Of a stretch of 53,179 nucleotides of DNA, positions 39,245 through 49,765 are shown piece by piece (the stretch's first letter is position 1; every line of letters begins with the position of its first letter). The DNA is from Acidimicrobiia bacterium (GTDB lineage: Bacteria; Actinomycetota; Acidimicrobiia; IMCC26256; PALSA-555). The notes below the pieces were generated by a model, which worked only from the letters and a program-made list of their open reading frames with translations, was not told the origin of the DNA and searched no databases. The stretch covers positions 1-53,179 of the forward strand of contig JBCKKA010000004.1 of the NCBI GenBank assembly GCA_038904515.1, read 5' to 3'. The position numbers and the translations under genes were made by a program.

Positions 39245-40702
39245 CTAGCCGGAAGTGAAGGCGAGTTGCCCGAGACGAGCGAACACTTCGGGATAAACCC
39301 CGACTACCACTACCACCGCAGTGCAAATACCAATTGCCAGAGTTAGCGCAACTGCCGTTGGGCGCTCCGAACGTTCGGTAGCGGGCGCGTCGTCAAACCA
39401 CATGCGCCGAACCACATTGGAATAATAGAAAAACGCCACTACCGCGTTGAGTGCGGCGATAACACCGAGAACGACCGCCGCGGTAGTGCCGGCATCGAAT
39501 ACGGCTCGAAAGATGACGAATTTAGCGAACCAACCCGCCAGCGGAGGAATGCCCGCGAGGGAAAATAAAAATAGTGACAACAGCACCGCATTGGCTGAAT
39601 CGACTCGTCCGAGTCCAGAAAAACTGGAGATTTCAGTAGAGCGCGAACGCCGAGAAACGGCCATCACTACGGCAAACGCGCCCAAGTTCATAGCCGCGTA
39701 GATCATCAAGTAGACCAATACCGCTTCCCACGCCGACGGACCCGAGACGTCGCCCGCCACCGCCAAGGGAACCAAAATGAACCCTCCTTGTGCGATTGAC
39801 GAATAAGCCAGCATGCGCACGATGTTGGTTTGACGCAAGGCCGCCAAGTTTCCAAAAGTCATAGACGCCACCGCCAACACCCACAGCAGTGGCTGCCATG
39901 AATCGGCGGCACTGAAAAAACCGAACTTGATTACCGTTAATAACGCCACAAAACCCGCGGCTTTAGAGGCAACCGATAAAAAAGCGGTTACCGGCAACGG
40001 AGCTCCGACGTAAGTATCGGGAGCCCAGAAATGAAACGGTACTGCGCTCACCTTGAACGCAAAGCCAACAATGGTGAGAAAAATTGCCACCGCGAATAAG
40101 GCCGGAGTTGAACCGTTGGCGTACTGGGAGATGACTGACAATTTGATTCCGTTCGCCAAACCGAATATCAGTGACATTCCGTAGAGCATTACCGCCGATG
40201 ACAACACGCCGATTAAGAAGTACTTAATCGCGGCTTCGTTAGATTTCGTATCGTGCTTACGCCATCCGGCCATTACAAATGTCGGAATCGAAACGGTTTC
40301 TAGAGCAACAAAAATTGAAATCAGATCACGCGCCGACGCCATCATTATCATGCCGAGCAAAGATGTGAGCAGGAGAACATAAAACTCACCGCGGTAATAG
40401 TCGCCGTCGGCAATTTCGTCGAACGAAATTAATAGGGCAAGGTACGCCACAACTAAAAACAGTCCTTCGAACGCGAGCGCGTAGTTGTCAACTACAAACG
40501 CACCACCAAACATTGAACGGTCGGTACCGTCGACTGCCAGAGTGAGGACGGGGATTAGCGCCGCCAATACGCCAAGGCTCGCCAGGCGGGGAACCAGTTG
40601 GGGCCGACTGGGTAAAAACAGATCGACCAATAGACAAACCACTATCGTCACCGAAATAATTATCGCGGGCGCGAGCGCGTGGTAGTCGATGCTGAGAATC
40701 AC
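39245..40702 (-). CDS. nuoN: NADH-quinone oxidoreductase subunit N
   Basis: EAAIKYF, FKVSAVPFHFWAPDTY, RMLAYSSI, SLAGIPPLAG. Confidence 0.95.
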   Translation of the reverse strand: MILSIDYHALAPAIIISVTIVVCLLVDLFLPSRPQLVPRLASLGVLAALIPVLTLAVDGTDRSMFGGAFVVDNYALAFEGLFLVVAYLALLISFDEIADGDYYRGEFYVLLLTSLLGMIMMASARDLISIFVALETVSIPTFVMAGWRKHDTKSNEAAIKYFLIGVLSSAVMLYGMSLIFGLANGIKLSVISQYANGSTPALFAVAIFLTIVGFAFKVSAVPFHFWAPDTYVGAPLPVTAFLSVASKAAGFVALLTVIKFGFFSAADSWQPLLWVLAVASMTFGNLAALRQTNIVRMLAYSSIAQGGFILVPLAVAGDVSGPSAWEAVLVYLMIYAAMNLGAFAVVMAVSRRSRSTEISSFSGLGRVDSANAVLLSLFLFSLAGIPPLAGWFAKFVIFRAVFDAGTTAAVVLGVIAALNAVVAFFYYSNVVRRMWFDDAPATERSERPTAVALTLAIGICTAVVVVVGVYPEVFARLGQLAFTSG

Positions 40703-40709
40703 GGCGCGT

Positions 40710-42254
40710 TTAACCCCCGAATACCTTGGCGATGGCGGTGGCGGGAGCGTCGGTCACCGAGAACAAAATTCCCGGAACTACGCCGAGAAGCACGATCAAA
40801 AACATGATCGGGGCCCACGCCACCCACTCGGAAGTATGTACATCGTGAATATGGGCATCCTCAAACTCCGGCGGCGGCGAGCCGAACGCCACTCGCTGCA
40901 ACATCCAGAGCAAATAGCCCGCGGCCAACACCGTGCCTACTGCGGCCACGATCATGAACGACCGGAAAGTAACCAAATTGCTGGTGTCGAATAAACCTGA
41001 AGCCAACTTGGCGGGGTCGTAAGCGGAAAGGATGGCCGGGAATTCGCCCCAGAATCCCGCGAGACCGGGCAGTCCTAATGAAGCCATGGCCGCAAAACCG
41101 AGGATCCAACCCATCTTCGGTGCTTGCGTAAGTAAACCGCCGAGGCGACTCATTTCACGCGTGTGGTAACGCTCTTGCACCGAACCGGCGACAAAGAAGA
41201 GCAGACCGGTGATGAGACCGTGAGCCACCATTCCGAATACCGCGGCGTTGATTCCGAAACTGGTAAGAGTGGCAATGGCCAGCATGACGAAACCCATGTG
41301 CGAGACCGACGAAAACGCGATTAGTCGTTTCATGTCGCGTTGGGCCAAACAACACAGAGCGCCGTAAATAATTCCTATTACCGCGAGCAGACCGATCCAA
41401 GGTGCCCAAACTTCGGCCGCATCGGGAAGCACTGGCAACGCGATGCGTATGAATCCGTAAGTACCCAATTTAAGCAAAATTGCCGCCAATAAAACTGAGC
41501 CGACCGTAGGCGCTTCAGTATGGGCATCGGGTAACCAAGTGTGGAAAGGAAACATGGGGACTTTAATGGCGAACCCAAGGAACATGCCGCCGAAGATGAG
41601 CAGTTGGGTTCCGTGGGCAATACCACTACCGCCAAATTCCGACAGTTTGACCATGTCGAAGGTTTGTTCTTTTGATAAAAAGAACAGCGCCAAGAACGCG
41701 ACCAACATCAACACCGAACCAAAAAGGGTGAATAGGAAGAACTTGATTGATGCGTACTCCCGATTCGGGCCGCCCCACACGCCGATCATGAAGAACATCG
41801 GCAGCAACACGATCTCAAAGAAGATGAAGAACAAAATAAGATCTTGAGCCACGAATGTGCCGGTCATGCCCACTTCGAGCAAGAGAATCAGAGCCAGAAA
41901 GGCTTTGGGGTTGTGGGGTTCAGGGAAGTGATTCCACGAATAAATAATGCAGAGCGGCACAATCAACATCGACAAGATCAACAGCGGCAGCGAGATGCCG
42001 TCGACTCCCATATGGAAGCGACTGTTGATTACATCAATCCACGGTACGTTGACTGAGAACTGCAACGCGCCCGACCGGCCGTAATTGAACTGAGTGAGAA
42101 TCCCCACTCCTACTCCCAAAGTTGCCAGCGCGGTAACCAGCGCCGCGGCCTTTATGGCAGTTTCTTGCGCACGTGGGATAAGCAGTACCACTGCCATCCC
42201 GACCAGCGGTATAAATACCGCTAACGGCAACGCCCACTCGTCAAAAAATGTCAT
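40710..42254 (-). CDS. nuoM: NADH-quinone oxidoreductase subunit M
   Basis: KVPMFPFHTWLPDAHTEAPT, LLKLGTYG, GLPGLAGFWGEF. Confidence 0.95.
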   Translation of the reverse strand: MTFFDEWALPLAVFIPLVGMAVVLLIPRAQETAIKAAALVTALATLGVGVGILTQFNYGRSGALQFSVNVPWIDVINSRFHMGVDGISLPLLILSMLIVPLCIIYSWNHFPEPHNPKAFLALILLLEVGMTGTFVAQDLILFFIFFEIVLLPMFFMIGVWGGPNREYASIKFFLFTLFGSVLMLVAFLALFFLSKEQTFDMVKLSEFGGSGIAHGTQLLIFGGMFLGFAIKVPMFPFHTWLPDAHTEAPTVGSVLLAAILLKLGTYGFIRIALPVLPDAAEVWAPWIGLLAVIGIIYGALCCLAQRDMKRLIAFSSVSHMGFVMLAIATLTSFGINAAVFGMVAHGLITGLLFFVAGSVQERYHTREMSRLGGLLTQAPKMGWILGFAAMASLGLPGLAGFWGEFPAILSAYDPAKLASGLFDTSNLVTFRSFMIVAAVGTVLAAGYLLWMLQRVAFGSPPPEFEDAHIHDVHTSEWVAWAPIMFLIVLLGVVPGILFSVTDAPATAIAKVFGG

Positions 42255-42306
42255 CTCGCTTGTGTCCCCCCCGTTTGATCAGAACTCATTTTTAACTTCG
42301 TATTCT

Positions 42307-42352
42307 GCACGATTACGAAACACTCAGCACGATTACGAAACACTCAGCACGA
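42307..42352. repeat. 20-bp x2.3 perfect repeat spanning the nuoL stop codon
   Basis: (GCACGATTACGAAACACTCA)2 GCACGA; stop at 42333-42335. Confidence 0.92.
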
Positions 42353-44396
42353 ATAGCGCCACGCTCATTACCCCGACCGCGGCGAAAATATAGAGCGCGT
42401 AACGCTGTACCGAGCCCGACTGCACTCGCTGCAATACCCCACCCGCGGCGCCAATCTCGTTGGCGCTGGCGTTGATGGCCCGATCGATACCGCGCTGGTC
42501 GATATTTTCGTAGGCAAAACGACCAACTCGCACTGCCCCGCGACCCAAAAAGTTCACTAGTCCGTCGATGACGGTCTGGTTAAACCAGTACATCGCCCGC
42601 GCTATCGGGGTGCGAATTCCCTCGACGATTACATTTTCGTAGAGGTAGTCGAGGTAGTACTTGCGCTCGAGCAGTGTGTAGCCCGAACGGGCCAAACGGT
42701 TGCGCTGGGTGAGGCCTTTAAATTTGGTGAGCTCTTCGCGCCGGAACATGAAGTAAGACATAACGCCAATAGCTAACATCGCGATAGAAACCGAGATGAC
42801 GGCCAGCGGCACGTCGAACTCGGCGTGCACAACTTTGGGGAAATTAGTAGTGGGCTCAACCCACTCGGTGAACTTTTTAATACCCAACGGGGCCGCGTTG
42901 ATCATTCCTCCCACGATCGCGAGGCCAGCCAAAATGATGAGCGGCGTAGTAATGCTGCGTTCAGATTCGTGCGGGTGGTGTTTTCCTCGGTACTCGCCAA
43001 AGAAAGTTAGGTAGACGCAACGAGTCATGTAGGCCGCGGTTAGAAACGCTCCCACCAAGCCGATTATTAGGAATAGCTCGAAACCTTGGCTGCCCGCGTT
43101 CACCAAAATTTCATCTTTTGACCAGAACCCCGCGAGCGGAAAGATGCCGGCCAGCGCCAACGAACCGATGATGAAAGTCCAGAAAGTGATAGGCATCTTC
43201 TTGCGCAGACCGCCCATCTCGCGCATGTCGAAACTGTGATGAGTACCACCGTGACTGACCGAACCGGCGCCGAGAAACAGCAGCGCCTTAAAAATTGCGT
43301 GGGTGAACAAGTGGAATACCGCGGCGACCCAGGCGCCCACGCCTAAAGCCATGACCATGTATCCGAGTTGGCTAATGGTTGAGTAGGCCAAAACTTTCTT
43401 GATGTCGCGCTGCACAAACGCCAACGACGCACCGACCAAGATGGTTATTCCTCCAACCAACGCCATCATGTTGATGCCGCCGTTGGAGATTGAGAAACCT
43501 TCGTAGAAGACGGGATAAAGCCGCGCGCCGAGGTAGACCCCTGCCACCACCATGGTGGCGGCGTGGATTAACGCGGAAACCGGAGTGGGTCCAGCCATGG
43601 CGTCAGGTAACCAGGTGTGCAGCGGAAATTGTCCGCTCTTGCCCATAATTCCGATCAGTAGACAAATTGACGCGATCAACAAAATGTCGTGGTTATTGGC
43701 GCCCTGCAGGGCGTACGCGTTAGTACCGGCAATGTTGAAAGTACCGACGGCGGTGAACAAAATGATGATGCCGATTATTAGTCCGATGTCGCCGGTACGG
43801 GTAGTGAGGAACGCCTTGATAGCGGCACGCGAGTTCTCACGGTCTTCCCACCAAAAGCCAATAAGCATAAACGAACAAAAGCCGACTAGTTCCCAGCCCA
43901 CCAGCATTTGCAGGGTGCCTGACGCCACTACCAGTGTGAGCATCGACGCGGTGAATAAAGACAGGCCGGCGTAGTACCAGGTGTACCGCTTGTCGTCGTG
44001 CATGTAACCAGTCGAATAAATATGGACTAGTAGTGAAATCAAAGTAACGACGAACACCATCATTACCGTTAGGCCGTCTACATAGGTGCCCACGCCGAAG
44101 TCGATGCCGCCGCTTTGCCACCAAGTAAGCGAATTGACTACCGGTTCTACTCCGCCCTGAGCGCTATCACTGGGCATCATTCCTTTTCCGAAGAAGCCGG
44201 CAATTCCCGCGGCGTGTTCGGATGCGTTGACGCGATCGATCCACTCCACCGCGGCCCAACACGAACCAATAAATGATGCCGCTACTGCAGTGATCGCTAC
44301 TTCGGCACCGTGCTTAGGAAGCCGTTTACCAAAAAATAGGATGATTACAAATGACAATGCCGGCAACGCGACGATAATCCAGACCGAGTTCAACAT
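42333..44396 (-). CDS. nuoL: NADH-quinone oxidoreductase subunit L
   Basis: GKSGQFPLHTWLPDAMAGPTPVSALIHAATMV, KKVLAYSTISQLG, GFWSKDEI. Confidence 0.96.
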   Translation of the reverse strand: MLNSVWIIVALPALSFVIILFFGKRLPKHGAEVAITAVAASFIGSCWAAVEWIDRVNASEHAAGIAGFFGKGMMPSDSAQGGVEPVVNSLTWWQSGGIDFGVGTYVDGLTVMMVFVVTLISLLVHIYSTGYMHDDKRYTWYYAGLSLFTASMLTLVVASGTLQMLVGWELVGFCSFMLIGFWWEDRENSRAAIKAFLTTRTGDIGLIIGIIILFTAVGTFNIAGTNAYALQGANNHDILLIASICLLIGIMGKSGQFPLHTWLPDAMAGPTPVSALIHAATMVVAGVYLGARLYPVFYEGFSISNGGINMMALVGGITILVGASLAFVQRDIKKVLAYSTISQLGYMVMALGVGAWVAAVFHLFTHAIFKALLFLGAGSVSHGGTHHSFDMREMGGLRKKMPITFWTFIIGSLALAGIFPLAGFWSKDEILVNAGSQGFELFLIIGLVGAFLTAAYMTRCVYLTFFGEYRGKHHPHESERSITTPLIILAGLAIVGGMINAAPLGIKKFTEWVEPTTNFPKVVHAEFDVPLAVISVSIAMLAIGVMSYFMFRREELTKFKGLTQRNRLARSGYTLLERKYYLDYLYENVIVEGIRTPIARAMYWFNQTVIDGLVNFLGRGAVRVGRFAYENIDQRGIDRAINASANEIGAAGGVLQRVQSGSVQRYALYIFAAVGVMSVALFVLSVS

Positions 44397-44400
44397 CTTC

Positions 44401-44700
44401 TTAACCCTTTAACTGTTCGACGCGGTCGAGATCGGGGCTACGGAGATTGCGGTAGATCAATAACACAATGGCCAGACCGACACCGACTTCAGCCGCGGCA
44501 ATGGCAGTAATGAATAGCGCGAAAATATTTCCTCTGATGTTGTGGTTAAAAGCCGAAAAAGCAATGAGGTTGATATTGACTGCGTTGAGCATCAACTCAA
44601 CACTCATTAATACTAAAACCCCGTTACGCCGCGCCAGCACTCCGTAAACGCCCACCGCAAAAATAAACGCACTCAGGATTAAAAACTGGTTCAGTTCCAT
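44401..44700 (-). CDS. nuoK: NADH-quinone oxidoreductase subunit K
   Basis: MSVELMLNAVNIN, AAAEVGVGLA. Confidence 0.96.
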   Translation of the reverse strand: MELNQFLILSAFIFAVGVYGVLARRNGVLVLMSVELMLNAVNINLIAFSAFNHNIRGNIFALFITAIAAAEVGVGLAIVLLIYRNLRSPDLDRVEQLKG

Positions 44701-45207
44701 TTAATCCTTTCTCGCCAATACCACTGCCCCCACGAGGGCGGCAAGCAAAAGCATCGACAGCACTTCGAAGGGAACGACGAAATTGCGGAACAGATCGCTA
44801 CCAATGGCCTGCGGGCGACCCTGAGCCACTAGATCGGCACCAAATCTGATCTCTTGACCGCCGAACGCGTCGACCAAGAGCGCGGTGAGCACACCAAAGA
44901 TCAATAACGCCACCACCGCGGCCGCCCCGCGCTGGTCGTTATTAAGGCGAGCACCGTCGTCGCCCATCGGCGCACGGGTGAGCATGACTCCGAATAAAAA
45001 CAGCACCACTACCGCACCGATGTAAATCAAGACCTGCACCCAAGCCACGAATTCAGCCGCGAGCAAGATGTACTGCGCAGCCGCACCGGCGAGGACCACA
45101 ATCAAAAAAAGTACCGAGTGCACCACATCGTTGCTGCGCACCACGCCAATGGCGGCACCGCCCATGGCTAACGCCAACAACCAGAAAACCACCTGCTGTT
45201 CCCACAT
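44701..45207 (-). CDS. nuoJ: NADH-quinone oxidoreductase subunit J
   Basis: AEFVAWVQVLIYIGAVVVLFLF, PFEVLS; start set to the ATG of MWEQQ. Confidence 0.93.
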   Translation of the reverse strand: MWEQQVVFWLLALAMGGAAIGVVRSNDVVHSVLFLIVVLAGAAAQYILLAAEFVAWVQVLIYIGAVVVLFLFGVMLTRAPMGDDGARLNNDQRGAAAVVALLIFGVLTALLVDAFGGQEIRFGADLVAQGRPQAIGSDLFRNFVVPFEVLSMLLLAALVGAVVLARKD

Positions 45208-45235
45208 CAGCGCGGCCCCGTCTTTTCTAAAGGTT

Positions 45236-45721
45236 TCACTTCTTGGCCGTCTTGCCAGGTTCGGCGCCGATTTCCAACGGTTCGCGCTCGGGCACAGTGG
45301 CCATCCACTCACCAAGTTTTTGCTTGTCGTGCAATAGATCGCCAATACGATTTTCGGAGTACTCGTATTCGGGCGACCAGAACAACGCGTCGAACGGACA
45401 AACGTCAACGCAGATCCCGCAGTACATGCAGAGCGAGTAATCGATGTCAAAGCGATCGAGAAGACTTACGGACCGCTCGCGACCACCTTCGCGCCGAGGT
45501 GGTCGCTGTTCCTTGTGACCCTCAATGTAGATGCACCAGTCGGGACACTGACGCGCGCACAACATGCAGGCCGTGCAGTTTTCTTCCTTGAGGGCAATTA
45601 CTCCCCGCGCGCGCGGTGCGGGCGTTTCTTTTTCGTGGGGATACTGCACCGTTACCGCGGGTTTGAGCATGGTTTTTAGAGTGATGCCGAGACCGCCAAT
45701 AAGACCAGGGAGTTTGGGCAT
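45236..45721 (-). CDS. nuoI: NADH-quinone oxidoreductase subunit I (2x[4Fe-4S])
   Basis: [29 protein letters not shown]. Confidence 0.95.
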   Translation of the reverse strand: MPKLPGLIGGLGITLKTMLKPAVTVQYPHEKETPAPRARGVIALKEENCTACMLCARQCPDWCIYIEGHKEQRPPRREGGRERSVSLLDRFDIDYSLCMYCGICVDVCPFDALFWSPEYEYSENRIGDLLHDKQKLGEWMATVPEREPLEIGAEPGKTAKK

Positions 45722-46758
45722 CAGAGTGTCACCTTAAGGATTCCGGTTACGAGAATATTTACTAAGCCGATAGGAATAAGTACTTTCCACGCCAACGCCT
45801 GAAGCTGATCTTCGCGAAGACGCGGATAGGTGAAGCGCACCCAAAACATAAGGAACGCTACCGCCATGAGTTTGGCGAAGAGAACCAACGGGCCGAGAAT
45901 ATTGGCCAGATCGCCCGTGACCCCCGGGATCGCCCAGCCGCCCAAGAAGAGTGTGGCTGCTATCGCCGCGAAAGCAAACGCGGTTCCGAACTCGCCGATG
46001 AAGAAGAACAGGAATCGAAAACCGGTGTACTCGACCATGTAACCCGAAACCAGTTCGCTTTCGGCCACCGGCATGTCGAACGGTGTTTGTGAAAGTTCGG
46101 CCTGTGCGGCAATCATAAAAAGACCGAAGCCCACAAACTGAGTGAGAATGTAGGGATTGCCAATTACATCCCAACCAAAGATTCCGCCGTTTTGTTGCGC
46201 CAAAACAATGTCTTGGAGATTTAGAGTACCGGCTTGGATGATCACACCTACTACCGCGAGTAACAACGGAAGTTCGTAAGCGATCAACTGTGCCGCGGCT
46301 CGCAGCGCGCTGAGTAGGGCAAACTTATTGGCACTCGACCAACCCGCCATCAATACGCCGATTACCGAAAGGCTAGAAACCGCTAGCGCGTAAAAAATTC
46401 CGGCATCGAGATTTTCGACCACTAAATCGGGGCCCATAGGAATTACCGCAAAAATTAAGAAAGTAGAGAGCACCACCACTACCGGCGCCATAGCAAAAAC
46501 TTTTTTATCCGCGTCGGCCGGCATGATGTCTTCTTTTTGCAAAAACTTGATGCCGTCGCCTACGAGTTGGAACCAGCCGTGAAAGCCACCCGGATCCATA
46601 GGACCAAGGCGGCTTTGCATGTGGCTCATCATCTTGAGCAGGAATGTGTAACCCAGAATTAGCGCGCCGAGGGGAATGACCATGACTACGACAAGCGTTT
46701 TGATTGCGAGCGTCGTGCCCCAACCGATCTCAAGTGCCACCATCATCGAAGAACCCAC
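45721..46758 (-). CDS. nuoH: NADH-quinone oxidoreductase subunit H
   Basis: [41 protein letters not shown]. Confidence 0.95.
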   Translation of the reverse strand: MGSSMMVALEIGWGTTLAIKTLVVVMVIPLGALILGYTFLLKMMSHMQSRLGPMDPGGFHGWFQLVGDGIKFLQKEDIMPADADKKVFAMAPVVVVLSTFLIFAVIPMGPDLVVENLDAGIFYALAVSSLSVIGVLMAGWSSANKFALLSALRAAAQLIAYELPLLLAVVGVIIQAGTLNLQDIVLAQQNGGIFGWDVIGNPYILTQFVGFGLFMIAAQAELSQTPFDMPVAESELVSGYMVEYTGFRFLFFFIGEFGTAFAFAAIAATLFLGGWAIPGVTGDLANILGPLVLFAKLMAVAFLMFWVRFTYPRLREDQLQALAWKVLIPIGLVNILVTGILKVTL

Positions 46759-46768
46759 TAGCGCACTT

Positions 46769-47962
46769 TCATCGGTCGATATCGCCCAGAATGAAATATA
46801 GGCTGGCCAGAATCGTTATTACATCGGGAACATAAACTCCTTGTAGTAACCACGGCAAAATCGAAACATTGCTAAATGAAGCCGAGCGAATCTTGACTCG
46901 AAATGGTCCGGTGCCACCCTTGGAGACCACGTAGTAGCCCATCTGGCCGAGGGGATTTTCGGTCTCCGCCCAAATTTCGCCTTTGGGGACTTTGATGATG
47001 AGTGGAACTTTGGTCATAATCGGCCCCGCCGGAATTGCGTCGAGACACTGCAACACCATGCGGGCCGATTCACGCGTCTCTTGCAACCGCACCCAGTAAC
47101 GAGCAAACGAATCGCCGTCGGAGTGAGTCCAGACTTTGAAATCAAGTTCGGAATAGACCAGATAAGGATCACCATCGCGTCGCAAATCCCAATCGACTCC
47201 CGACGCCCGCAAGTTTGAGCCCGATACTCCGTAAGCCGCGCCCAACTCGGGCGGAATAATGCCAATGCCTTTACAGCGGGCGGCAAAGATTTCGTTTCCC
47301 AGCACGAGATTTTCGAAGGTGTCGCACGCGTCGAACACGATCTGCATCGTCGAACGGCATTCAGCTAGCCAACCCCACGGCAAGTCGTCTTTGAGACCAC
47401 CGATGCGGTTGAAGTTGGGATGAAAGCGGCCACCGGTGGCCGACTCAATCAAGTTGAGAATATGTTCACGGTCGCGAAAGCCGTAAAACGCGGGTGTTAG
47501 TGCTCCAACTTGTAATCCCATCTCCCCGAGGAACAACAAGAAAGTGGCGATGCGTGATAGCTCGGTGAGGATGGTGCGGATGTACTGAGCCCGCGGGGGT
47601 GCTTCAACATCCATAAGTTTTTCGGCCGCGGCTACGAACGGAACTTCGTTAGCAAAACTCGACAACCAGTCGATGCGGTTGATAAGCGTGGTCACCTGCG
47701 GGTAAGTGCGGAACTCGGTAATTTTTTCGTAGCCGCGGTGCATATAGCCAATGACTGGATCGGCCGATATCACTCGCTCGCCGTCAAGCCGAACGACCAA
47801 ACGCAAAGTTCCGTGGGTAGCGGGGTGCTGAGGTCCGAGGTTGAGCACCATGTCGCCGGTATCGAGTTCGACATTCACCCGCGCTTCGGCCAAGTGCCGC
47901 ATCGACGCGGGGTCGATGGCGAAATCGGATGCGCCCGATGCCGTTGTGTCGGTGGTGCTCAT
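46769..47962 (-). CDS. nuoD: NADH-quinone oxidoreductase subunit D
   Basis: NLGPQHPATHGTLRL, IGYMHRGYEK, LGDIDR. Confidence 0.95.
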   Translation of the reverse strand: MSTTDTTASGASDFAIDPASMRHLAEARVNVELDTGDMVLNLGPQHPATHGTLRLVVRLDGERVISADPVIGYMHRGYEKITEFRTYPQVTTLINRIDWLSSFANEVPFVAAAEKLMDVEAPPRAQYIRTILTELSRIATFLLFLGEMGLQVGALTPAFYGFRDREHILNLIESATGGRFHPNFNRIGGLKDDLPWGWLAECRSTMQIVFDACDTFENLVLGNEIFAARCKGIGIIPPELGAAYGVSGSNLRASGVDWDLRRDGDPYLVYSELDFKVWTHSDGDSFARYWVRLQETRESARMVLQCLDAIPAGPIMTKVPLIIKVPKGEIWAETENPLGQMGYYVVSKGGTGPFRVKIRSASFSNVSILPWLLQGVYVPDVITILASLYFILGDIDR

Positions 47963-48681
47963 GCGTTGGTATCTCCAGAATCAGCTTCTTCGGTAGCGAC
48001 TGCGGCCGTCTCGGGCATTCCCTCAACATTGACAATTCCTGGCCACGGTTTAACTACTCGAGCTAAGAGCGGAAAATCTTTGCGCAACGGATGCCCTTCA
48101 AACGCGGCGGGCAAGAACAACAATCGCAAGCCGGGATGGCCGACAAATCCAAAGCCGAACATCTCCGCGCATTCCCGTTCGTGCCAATTGGCACCGGGGT
48201 ACAAACTCACCCACGAATCAACGCTCGGATTATTTTCGTCAAGGTCAGCCTTGAAAGTCATTCCCCACTTACGCGTAGTTGATTGCACATGAGCAAAAAC
48301 TTGAAAGCGACCCGCCGCGCCGGCCGCGCCGGGGGTCATCTCAGTGGGCTGAGCGGGAGTAGAAGTATCGCCGTCGGCTTCGGCCCCTTCTTCTTTGGGC
48401 GCCGGCATCCAGTCGATTCCCGAAATGAAAGAAAGATAATCACAGTCAAGTTGATCGCGTGCCACTTCGCCCGCGCGTAGCCACGCGTCGGTGCGTACTC
48501 GCACCACTACATCACCAAAAAGCGGTTGCGCTTCGATGATGGCATCGCCCAGCGCCGAGTTCAGGGTCGCGAGAATCTCTTCGGCCCCGGCCGAGACCGG
48601 AACGGGGGCGGGCGCGTCAGGCAGGGCGGGCGGGGCGGCCTCAGGAGTACCGGCTTCAGGAGTAACGGGTTCGTCAGGCAA
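47959..48681 (-). CDS. nuoC: NADH-quinone oxidoreductase subunit C
   Basis: [23 protein letters not shown]. Confidence 0.94.
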   Translation of the reverse strand: MPDEPVTPEAGTPEAAPPALPDAPAPVPVSAGAEEILATLNSALGDAIIEAQPLFGDVVVRVRTDAWLRAGEVARDQLDCDYLSFISGIDWMPAPKEEGAEADGDTSTPAQPTEMTPGAAGAAGRFQVFAHVQSTTRKWGMTFKADLDENNPSVDSWVSLYPGANWHERECAEMFGFGFVGHPGLRLLFLPAAFEGHPLRKDFPLLARVVKPWPGIVNVEGMPETAAVATEEADSGDTNA

Positions 48682-49189
48682 CGTCGATCTTTTCTCCCCG
48701 CCAGCGTTGGGCTAGCTGGTCGTTACCGATACCTTCATTTTGAATTCGTTCTTGCAACATCACTACTGCTTGCATCAGTGCTTCGGGCCGGGGCGGACAA
48801 CCCGGAACGTAAATATCAACCGGAATTACTTGGTCGATGCCCTTAGTTACCGAATAAGAATCCCAGTACGGGCCGCCACAATTAGCACACGCGCCCATAG
48901 AAATTACGTACTTAGGATCGGGCATCTGTTCGTACAGCCGGCGGATAGCCGGAGCCATCTTGTCGGTAACGGTTCCGGATATCACCATCAGATCCGACTG
49001 GCGCGGACTCGCGGGGAACGGGATTACTCCCAACCGCATCATGTCGTAACGCGGACTGGCTAACGCGGCGCCCATTTCAATAGCGCAACAAGCTAATCCC
49101 CACTGGAACATCCAGAGGGAATACTTGCGGCTGTAGTTGAGCAATTGCGTCAATGGTTTAGGCATCAAGCCTTTTTCGATTAAGCCCAC
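48674..49189 (-). CDS. nuoB: NADH-quinone oxidoreductase subunit B
   Basis: [25 protein letters not shown]; start set to the GTG of MGLIEKG. Confidence 0.95.
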   Translation of the reverse strand: MGLIEKGLMPKPLTQLLNYSRKYSLWMFQWGLACCAIEMGAALASPRYDMMRLGVIPFPASPRQSDLMVISGTVTDKMAPAIRRLYEQMPDPKYVISMGACANCGGPYWDSYSVTKGIDQVIPVDIYVPGCPPRPEALMQAVVMLQERIQNEGIGNDQLAQRWRGEKIDVA

Positions 49190-49542
49190 CGCAAAACTCC
49201 CTTGCGCCACGCGTAGACAAGACCAAGCGCCAGTACGAAAACAAAAAGGATCATCTCAACTAGTCCGAACATTCCCAGCGACTCAAGCCCTACCGCCCAC
49301 GGAAAAATAAATACGGCTTCCACATCAAAGATTACAAACAAAAGTGCGTAAATGTAGTAACGAACATTCGACTGACCCCAACCACCGATTGGGTCGGAAC
49401 CGGCTTCATAAGTTATGTACTTCTCAGATTGCGGGCGTACCGGCCTGACCAACTTGCCCACTCCGAGCATGAGGCCAACCAGCAACATCGCCGCGCCGAT
49501 GAGAACCGCTACAGCTAAGTACTGCCGGTAGAACTCAGTCAC
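49180..49542 (-). CDS. nuoA: NADH-quinone oxidoreductase subunit A
   Basis: [33 protein letters not shown]. Confidence 0.95.
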   Translation of the reverse strand: MTEFYRQYLAVAVLIGAAMLLVGLMLGVGKLVRPVRPQSEKYITYEAGSDPIGGWGQSNVRYYIYALLFVIFDVEAVFIFPWAVGLESLGMFGLVEMILFVFVLALGLVYAWRKGVLRWA

Positions 49543-49576
49543 GACTTCGACTACATCCTTTCGCGGTTTAACGGTT

Positions 49577-49613
49577 TATCCAGCTATCTGGCTATCTAGC
49601 TATCCGGCTATCC
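49577..49613. repeat. 8-bp tandem array (TATCYRGC x4.6) upstream of nuoA
   Basis: tatccagc tatctggc tatctagc tatccggc tatcc. Confidence 0.85.
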
Positions 49614-49765
49614 AATTTCAGCCTTGGCTGCTATCGGGATTACCGGTTCAAAATTGCCCGTTCGGGTTTTAATTCTTAGCTTGTGGCAGCATACCGAGAG
49701 GAATACGCCTAGGGGCGAACCGGCGTTAACCTTTTAGCCCCGCAATCGCACTCGGGGAGGGCCTC

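Noticed and set aside
46769-49189. NuoD/NuoB as a group 4 [NiFe]-hydrogenase
   Set aside because: NuoD lacks the N- and C-terminal CxxC nickel ligands (it ends LGDIDR), and the gene order is nuo-type
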